In this document: positions 56,426-64,000 of the stretch, in pieces
Layout: every line of letters starts with the position of its first letter
Numbering within the stretch: the first letter of the stretch is position 1
Origin: Fimicolochytrium jonesii
Taxonomy: Eukaryota
DNA length: 64,000 nucleotides
Direction: 5' to 3'
Assembly (NCBI RefSeq): GCF_025526975.1
Contig: NW_026515697.1
Location: forward strand, 248,001 to 312,000
Position numbers and translations under genes: made by a program
The notes under the pieces: generated by a model
Seen by the model: only the letters and a program-made list of their open reading frames with translations
What the model was told of the DNA's origin: nothing
The model's database searches: none

Positions 56426-57429
56426 CTCCATGCTGCGGTGTGTTCCCAGGGTGGGAGCCCATAAACACCTTCATCGTGTTCACAGAAGCCACCCTTGGCG
56501 AAGAGGTCTTGTTCGTGGTTCAGCAATTTCGGATAGTCGATGAGGAGCGTAAGGAGCTGAAGGTACCATGGAGCTTCTCGCCATATGGGGGTAATCAGCG
56601 TAATGGTTGCTCCGTCCGTGACGACCTTGTCGAGCACTTGTTGAATGGCGAGCCAAGGGGGATTGGCCCAGCCATTCTCAGCGTCCCAGCGAATCTTGAA
56701 GGCGTCGTGGGCAATTGCATTGGTGTCCGTCTGGTCGACCGAGCAGTACCTTGAAACTTGAGCGTTCTGCTTCATGGCTAAGAGGTTCACAGTGTGGCTT
56801 TGTGGGCCTCCCCAGGGTCCGTCATCGAGTTGCTGGAAGATGTCCGGGTGCAATTGCCAATAGTTCTTGTCAACCAGGTTGATCAAGTAGAGTTCCTTTT
56901 CGGGTGGCGGAGACGGGTAGCGTGTTTGGTCAGGGTCCTCTGAGTCGGGTTTTTCTTCTCCCAACTTGGACAGGTGTTGGGGTTGTAACAATTCGTCAGC
57001 TGTTGTTATTTCTCCGCGCGTCCCCCAGTCGCTTTCGGAGTCGGAATCCCTGCCTCTTCCCGGGTCTGATGGTGACCGAGCAGGAAAGGTCAGGCTTTCA
57101 TCCTGGTCTTGAGGCAGCAATTCTCCGGGGTCTTCCTGCTCAAGAGCCGTTGGTTCCAGGACTAGTAGGCTCTCGGCTCCTAGCCCTGGCGGGTAAAATG
57201 CCGCTTCTCAGCATTGGCATTTCCCGCCTTGGGGCTTTGTTTGTTGGGGCATACTGGTCTCCCCGTCTCGCGATCCACGTCGTCCTTGAAGTGGTCTCCT
57301 CCGCAGGCGTAACACTTTCCGTCTCCGATCCTTGGTGGTCCTCCCGGGGACTGGCCATTGTTAATCTGCACCTTGGCCATTTGCGATGCAATTTTGGCAA
57401 CCGCTTTCTTGACAACTTCCTGTACTTGC
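56426..57429 (-). mobile_element. Fragment of a second retroelement: Gag zinc knuckle, -1 frameshift site and DNA N6-adenine methyltransferase
   Basis: Gag end CYACGGDH...VCPN...AGNA..QG* (stop 57180-57182). Slippery heptamer G GGA AAT at 57225-57219. The -1 frame leads to WQLHPDIFQQLD..WGGP..TVNLLA..NAQVSRYCS..AHDAFKIRW..WANPPWLAIQQVLDKV..LITPIW..PWY..AAW. Both ends are cut by chromovirus LTRs. Confidence 0.85.
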
Positions 57430-57969
57430 TGTTATGGACGACGCGCCCATACCATAAGCTTACCTACTGACAGCCGCCAATGTCAACCGCCAATGTCAAA
57501 CGCCAATGTCAATGTCAATGTCAGTGTCAATGTCAGTGTCAATGTCAATGTCAATGCCACTTCCCCTCTCTCCTCTCATTTTGCCAATCCTCCCGCAATA
57601 TTGCCACTCCTCCTCTCTCCTCTCATTTCGCCAATCTCCCCTTGGCTTCTCCACACCCCCCACTACTTCTCCATAGCCAGCAGCTGTGACAATGCTCTCT
57701 ACGCTCGCCACGCACGCTCTAGGAGCATAGCTGGCGCCCCCCCCCAGTCCCCTCTGGTTGTTGTTGTTCTCTGGCCTGCTGGGTTGCCTATCTATAAATA
57801 GCCGGTCTCTCTTCGTCCATTCCCTTCCTCCCCAGCAGATCAACACCAGTTCTTCTCGTCTCTTGTTCTAGTCCTTGTCTCTTGTTTCGCCAATACATTC
57901 TCTTGTCGCCCATCGCTCTCGCCTTGTCTTCTCTACTTCGCTTCCGCCTCAGTCGTCGAGATCATAACA
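57430..57969 (+). repeat. 5' LTR (540 bp)
   Basis: TGTTATG...CATAACA termini; TATAAATA at 57793-57800. Confidence 0.96.
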
Positions 57970-57971
57970 GT

Positions 57972-57981
57972 TTGATCTGCT
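57972..57981 (+). promoter_or_regulatory. Self-priming primer-binding site
   Basis: TTGATCTGCT, 2 nt after the LTR, is the exact complement of AGCAGATCAA at 57834-57843 in the LTR. It lacks the TGG of tRNA-primed PBSs. Confidence 0.8.
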
Positions 57982-58038
57982 CCAACACTACGAAGTTCAG
58001 AACCCGTCCAGCCCTGCATCTGCCACACCTTTTTTGCC

Positions 58039-59045
58039 ATGTCCCAATCCGAATCCGTACCTTTCACCGCCTAGCAATGGAATGATATGTGCCAAGCCAT
58101 CGCCGCCTTGCAAAGCCAAAACACCAACTTGCAGGCCAACCTAGCGCAAGCCCAAGCCAACGCACAAGCTGAGCAGAACATTGCTGCCCAGGTTCAAGCC
58201 GATGCGTTCGCCCATCCTCAAGTCACCAACCCTGCTCCCGGAGCTCTGGAGCCAAGAATCAGCTCGCCGGAGAAGTTTGATGGTACCCGCAGCTAATTCC
58301 GTGGGTGGTTGAACAACATCCGGTTGATGTTTGCTCTCCAGCCCGACCGCTACCCCAGCGACATCATCAAGATCCAAACGATTGGGACCCACCTCACCGG
58401 CACTGCGCAAGCCTGGATGGCGCCCCTAGTCGAACGCCAGATCACAGCCTTCAGAACTTCGATAGTTTTATCGGTCAGATGCAATCTGTCTTCGGGGACA
58501 GCGACAGGGTCCGCACCTCCGAGAACAAGCTCCAGAACCTTCGCCAAACCCGTGCAGCCACCGAGTACGTCGCCAAGTTCCTCCAGCTACAATGCAATGT
58601 CTCCTGGAACGACCAGGCCCTGATTGCTACCTTCCGCCGTGGCCTCAAAGAGGACGTCAAGGATCTGATGCTCACGATGCCTCTTGCTGCCACCATTGAT
58701 ACGGTGATGGAGCAGGCGATCCAGTGCGATAACCGACTGTTTGAGCGCCGCCTGGAACGAAACAGAACCCGCCAGACCTTCCCAGTTCCCCATACCTCGT
58801 TTACCACTACCCTCACCGTCGACCACAGCGAGCCCATGCAGATTGACGCCGCTCGTCCCTGCGGCCCTCTGAGCCCCCAGGAACGCCAACGCCGCATTTC
58901 CAACAACCTCTGCCTTTACTGCGGCGGCGCAGGGCACATTGCAAAGGCCTGCCCCGTCAAGAACAAGACCACCACCCATGCCGCCAACATCGACATCAAA
59001 GAAACCTCCGCCGAACAGGGTTTTCCCAAAGTCCAGCCGCAGTAA
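58039..59045 (+). pseudogene. gag: Chromovirus gag (stops and a frameshift)
   Basis: EPRISSPEKFDG, LTGTAQAW, LQNLRQ..EYVAKF, FRRGL, PMQID and CCHC knuckle CLYCGGAGHIAKAC. Confidence 0.92.
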
Positions 59046-59062
59046 AGCCCCAGCGACTGGAC
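59018..59062 (+). promoter_or_regulatory. -1 ribosomal frameshift signal at gag/pol junction
   Basis: In-phase heptamer G GGT TTT, 6-nt spacer, then stem GTCCAG(C)CGC...GCG(A)CTGGAC. The -1 frame stays open past the gag stop. Confidence 0.72.
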
Positions 59063-62000
59063 AACACACGCTCCGCCGGGCCTCCTAACCTCGCAGCTCC
59101 TGCAACGGAAGAGGCCATCCCCCTGGTTCCCGACTCCGTTATAGCCGACACAACCCTCCTAGCCGCCGCCCATGTCGAAAACTCCAAAATTAAACATTGC
59201 GCTGGGTCCTGCTGAACCCTTCAACTACCCCGTTACCATCATGGTATCATCCAGCCATGCCCCGATACCTACCTCAGCCATGATTGACAACGGGGCCCTG
59301 TCCTGCTTCATCGACGAAGACTTTGCCCGCAAGCACCGCATGCCCCTAGTCCAGCATCAGCGTCCCCTGACGATCGAACTCGTTGACGGTCAACCCAGCT
59401 CTGCTGGGCCAATCACCCATCACACCCAACCAGTAGGCATGTGGGTCGACGACTACTTCGAAGAACTCGTCTTCCATGTCACCAAATCACCCCACGCTCC
59501 AATCCTCCTTGGTCTCCCCTGGCTCCGCCTCCACGACGTTAACCTTGACTTCAAGAACCTTTCGGTCGGTTTCCGTTCCGACTATCAGTACCATGAATTC
59601 GCAAATTGGGACCGCTCCCCAGCACACCCGAGCCCAGCACCCGCCAGAACTCCTGAGCCCTTGATCCGCATCCCCCAGGATGAAGTCCCTGTCGACGAAA
59701 CATGGTCGATCCCAGTACCCAAGGTGTCTCGCTCCAGCACCCCAGAACCGGCTTCCACGCCGCTCTGAGTATCGTTCATCTCCGCCCCAGCCTTCCGCGT
59801 CGCGGCAAGGCATGACCAGGTCCTTGTCGCCTACGCCAACCCTGCGAAACCCGAGCTCCCGGCCTCGCCTAGCCCCAGGACCCTCCCAACACCCGAGAAA
59901 GACATCAAAGACTTCCTGCCCCCCGAATATCAAGATTTTGCCGATGTTTTTGAAAAGAAAAATGCTGACACTCTCCCCGAGCACCGGCCCTACGACTGTC
60001 CTATCGACCTGAAAGAAGGCAAGCAGCCACCTTTCGGCCCGATCTACAGCCTCATCAAACCAGAAATGAAAGCACTCTGCGAATACCTCGAAGAAAACCT
60101 CGCCAAAGGATTCATCAAACACTCAAAGTCCCCTGCCGGTGCGCCGGTCTTATTCGTGAAGAAAAAGGACGGTTCTCTCCGCCTCTGCGTCGATTATCGA
60201 GGCCTGAACAGCATCACGGTGAAGAATCGCTACCCCCTGCCCCTGATCAACAGTATCATGGACCGTTTGCGCGGCGCCCGCCGTCTCGGCAAGATCAACC
60301 TCTGCGGCGCTTACAACCTCTTACGCATGCGCCCGGGCGATGAATGGAAGACCGCCTTCCGCTGCCGCTACGGCCTATTCGAATACAATGTCATGCCCTT
60401 TGGACTCAGCAACGCTCCTGGCGTTTTGCAGTACCTGATGAACGACATCTTCCGCCACATTCTCGATGTGTTTGTTGTCGTCTACCTTGATGATATCCTG
60501 ATATTCTCCAAGAACCCCCTTGGCGGGGCATTGGGTGTGACTTATACTGGAACAGGGGACTCCATATCAGCAAATGTCCTTGCTCCGGCTCTCGATTCGG
60601 GAAATAAAATAGGAGTTCGCTTGGGCACGGCCGTTTCAGCCAATAACGCATTTGAATTGCGATGTACTAATGTAGGTACAGGTTCTGCCGAAAACTATGT
60701 TGTAGCTTCATTTTATGGCAGTACGGTTGATACACTCAGGTTGTATGCTTCAGGGGTTGTTTCCCTTTTAGTCACGACTGATGCAAACGCTGTTGAAACG
60801 GGGTCATTTCAGGTGAAAGGTGGATCAAGTGTTTCTAGAACTCCCTACATGGGGAACTCCACTGCTTTTACTGGCGCGTCCGTACCTCTCATTGTTTCCC
60901 AAAACGCCACGGTGGCTACTGCTCTAACAATCCACAACTCAGCAGTTACCAATGGCTCCTATACATTCGGAGTGTCCGGAACCAGTCATGCTCTAGGTTC
61001 AGGCGAGTTCTTCCTTTCCAGCGGGGCGTTGTCCGGAGCAAATATCTTTTACGTCTTGCCGACAGGAGCAATGGTTTTTCCATCTTCTCTTGATGAGTCT
61101 GTCGCTCTTACAGGAGGAGCACGTATTTCCAAAAATTTAGTTGTTACCGGCGCTACCAGCAGCACACTTTTATCTGTGAATGAAGACGGTACTCTAGTTT
61201 TTGGTGCATCCTCAACAGGTCCACGGTTTGTCAAAACTTTGGGTCAAGATGTACGTTACGTACCAGGCGCACAAGGTTTTCGTATACGCGACTCTGGAGC
61301 ACGTCCGCGAAGTCTTGTCCTGCCTCCGCCAGCATGGGCTGTACGCCAAACCTGAGAAGTGCGAATTCAACTGCGAATCTGTCGAGTTCCTAGGCTTCAT
61401 CATCTCCAAGAAAGGCATACAGATGGACCCCAAGAAGATCGCTGCCATCACGGATTGGGAGGCTCTTAAGAATGTCAAAGGCGTCCAGCGCTTCCTCGGC
61501 TTTGCCAACTTCTATCGCCAATTCATCCAAGGTTATTCCAAGATTGCTACCCCGCTCACAGCCCTGACCCGGAAAGACATCCCGTACGCCTGGACGCCCG
61601 CCGCAAACACCGCCTTCGAGAACCTGAAGAAATCATTCACCACCGCCCCCATCCTTGCTCACCCTGACCCAGAAAGCCCTTCGTCGTCGAAACTGACGCC
61701 TCCGACTTCGCTCTCGGCGCAGTTCTCCTCCAACCTGACCAGGACAATCAGCTCCACCCTGGGGCCTTCCACTCTCGCAAACTCATGGCCGAAGAGATCA
61801 ACTACAAGATCTACGACAAAGAGCTTCTGGCCATCCAAGACTCCTCTGCCCAGTGGCGACACCATCTCATTGGCGCCCGTCACAAGATCACCGTTTACTC
61901 CGACCACAAAAACCTTCAGTACTTCATGACCACCCGCACCCTGAACCGCCGCCAAGCCTGCTGGTCGATATTCTTCTCGGATTTTGATTTTGTCATTACC

Positions 62001-63600
62001 TATCGCCCCGGTTCCCAGCAGCACCAAGCCGATGCCCTCTCCCGACGCTCCGAACATGAGCTAAAGGAGGGGGAAGAAGCGTTCTGCTCCCAGGCGACCA
62101 CAATTCTGACTCCCGAACGCCTTCGACTCGCCGCGGCCTACCTCACACCCATGGATACTACGCTGGTTGACAAGATTAAGGCCGCCCAGGCCTCTGACCC
62201 CCTCGCTAAGACCATCCGCAAAGAGCTCAAGATACCCCTTGCCCAACGGACGAAACCCAAGATCGTATCAAGCGGTTCTCAGATGAAGATGGGATCCTGC
62301 TGCACGATAACCTTGTCTATGTCCCCACCAATGAGCTCCGAGCTGAAGTCTGCCACGACATGCACAATGCACCCCTAGTCGGCCACTTTGGGATGTCCAA
62401 GACGCTCGAACTTGCCTCCCGCAACTACTGGTGGCCCAGCCAGTGGCGCTTCGTCAAGGCCTACGTCAAGTCCTGCGATATCTGTAGCCAAGCGAAATCC
62501 AGTCGACACAAACCGTATGGCGTACTCCAGCCCAACATATCCCTACCCGCCCTTGGGAATCTTGGTCCCTGGACTTTATCACCGGTCTGCCTCCCGTTGA
62601 TGGGTACGACTCCATCCTGAACGTCAACTGTCGCCTCACCAAGATGGCCCACTTCATCGCCTGCAGCGAGTCAAAATCCGCCGAACCCACCGCCGACCTA
62701 GTCTTCCACAATATCATCCATCTCCACGGCCTCCCCGACGACATCATCTCTGACTGAGGACCCTAGTTCAAGTCCCGTTTCTGGCGTCGACTTCTCAAAC
62801 TCCTTGGGGCGAAAGCCAACATCTCCTTGGCCTTCTACCCCCAGAGCGACGGCCAGACGGAACGCACCAACCAGACCCTGGAGCAGTATCTCCAATGCTT
62901 TTGCAACCACCAACAGGACAAATGGAAACGGCTTCTGTCGTCCGCCGAGTTCGCCTACAAAAACACCCACCAGTCCGCTTCCCAGACCACCCCCTTCTAC
63001 GCAAACAAGGGTCTCCACCCCCGCTTCAGTTTCGCTGCCTCTGCTACCTCCGAATCCGTCAACCCCGCCGCTGAAGCCCACGCTAAACAAATCAGGGGAG
63101 TCCACGAACAGCTCGTCCTTGAGCTCAAGGAAGCGCAAGATCGAATGAAGCGCTACGCCGATGCTAAGCGAATTCCTGGACCGGACTTCAAGCCTGCTGA
63201 CCACGTCTGGCTCCTCCGCAAAAACCTCCAGACAACCCGGCCCTCTCAGAAACTCGACCATCGCAAGATTGGGCCATTTCCCATTGTTGAAAAGATCAAT
63301 CCAGTCGCCTACCGGCTCAAGCTCCTGCCTACGTACAAAATCCACGATGTCTTCCATGTCTCGCTCCTCGAACCCCGCTTCACCATCCCCAAACGACACG
63401 AACCCGAACCCGCGGCCCCAGAGACCGTTGAGGGTCGAGAAGAGTGGGTTGTCGAAGCCATCCTTGACTCTCGCATCCATCGTCGTCGCCTTCAGTACTT
63501 GGTCAAATGGCAGGGCTGGCCTGACTCCGAGAACACCTGGGAGCCCGTGGAACACCTCACCCATACCGACTGCACTCCTCAAGGACTTCCACAGCGCGTA
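59024..63600 (+). pseudogene. pol: Chromovirus pol (PR-RT-RH-IN-chromo), disrupted
   Basis: Domain motifs occur in Ty3/Gypsy order across several frames. RT is interrupted by a foreign insert after [12 protein letters not shown]. Confidence 0.93.
60519..61293 (+). other. Foreign ~775-bp stop-free coding insert resembling a viral fibre protein, inside RT
   Basis: Sits between RT ..[12 protein letters not shown] and LEHVREVL... Gly/Ser/Thr/Ala-rich, with [27 protein letters not shown] and [17 protein letters not shown]. Codons are T/A-ending, unlike the C-ending codons of the retroelement. Confidence 0.8.
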
Positions 63601-63677
63601 CCCCAACAAGCCTTCCTCTGTCCCCGGTGCCCCTCCTCCGCGACCACACCAAACTCGGCGCCGCCGCCGCCGCCGCT

Positions 63678-63688
63678 AAAGAGAGGGG
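63678..63688 (+). promoter_or_regulatory. Polypurine tract
   Basis: AAAGAGAGGGG immediately before the 3' LTR. Confidence 0.85.
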
Positions 63689-63691
63689 TGA

Positions 63692-64000
63692 TTTTATGGT
63701 CGACGCGGCCATACCATAAGCTTACCCACTGACAGCCGCCAATGTGAACCACCAATGTCAAACGCCAATGTCAATGTCAATGTCAGTGTCAGTGTCAATG
63801 TCAGTGTCAATGTCAATGTCAATGCCACTCCCCCTCTCTCCTCTCATTTCGCCAATCCTTCCGCAATATTGCCGCTCCTCCTCTCTCCTCTCATTTCGCC
63901 AATCCCCCCTCGGCTTCTCCGCATCCCCCACCACTTCTCCATAGCCAGCAGCTGTAGCAATGCTCTCTACGCTCGCCTCGCAAGCTCTAGGAGCATAGCT
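63692..64000 (+). repeat. 3' LTR (partial)
   Basis: Colinear with 57430 onward; terminal TG mutated to TT. Confidence 0.95.

Larger units (their letters stand above)
57430..64000 (+). mobile_element. Defective Ty3/Gypsy chromovirus (Tf1/sushi-like), 3' LTR truncated by window end
   Basis: 5' LTR, PBS, gag, protease (AMIDNGA), RT ([15 protein letters not shown]), RNase H (TDASDFALGA, YDKELLAI), integrase (GQTERTNQTLEQYL, GPF), chromodomain (EWVVEAILDSR..QYLVKWQGW..NTWEP), PPT and 3' LTR. Many stops and frameshifts. Confidence 0.97.

Noticed and set aside
62698..63609. 303-aa minus-strand ORF over the integrase
   Set aside because: Antisense shadow produced by C-ending codon bias; the same applies to antisense ORFs over the ABCC, KRI1 and STT3 genes.

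Overview
Intron-rich fungal nuclear DNA, most consistent with an early-diverging (chytrid-like) fungus. That placement is an inference from short GT-AG introns, TTAGGG repeats and the gene content. Bases 1-31.6 kb are a compact housekeeping block: DOA1, a promethin/LDAF1-like gene, KRI1, AKTIP/Fts, a Maf NTPase, a BUB2 pseudogene fragment, a YCF1-type ABCC transporter, tRNA-Asp, FMC1, STT3, ARP1 and a LAM/GRAM-VASt gene. From about 32 kb the window becomes accessory and decaying. It holds a head-to-head pair of an atypical HSPA12-like Hsp70 and a coiled-coil protein with a GrpE-like C-terminus, a secreted RNase T1, RPL42, interstitial telomere repeats, HET-C, a ParB-like relic and a histone-tail-mimic ORF. 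It ends in a nest of retroelements. Two things stand out in that nest. (1) A retroelement fragment in which a zinc-knuckle Gag is joined by a -1 frameshift signal directly to an NPPW-type DNA adenine methyltransferase. (2) A self-priming chromovirus (Ty3/Gypsy) whose reverse transcriptase is interrupted by a ~775-bp in-frame foreign segment resembling a DNA-virus fibre gene. Exon boundaries were read by eye and family calls come from motif recognition; no database searches were run.
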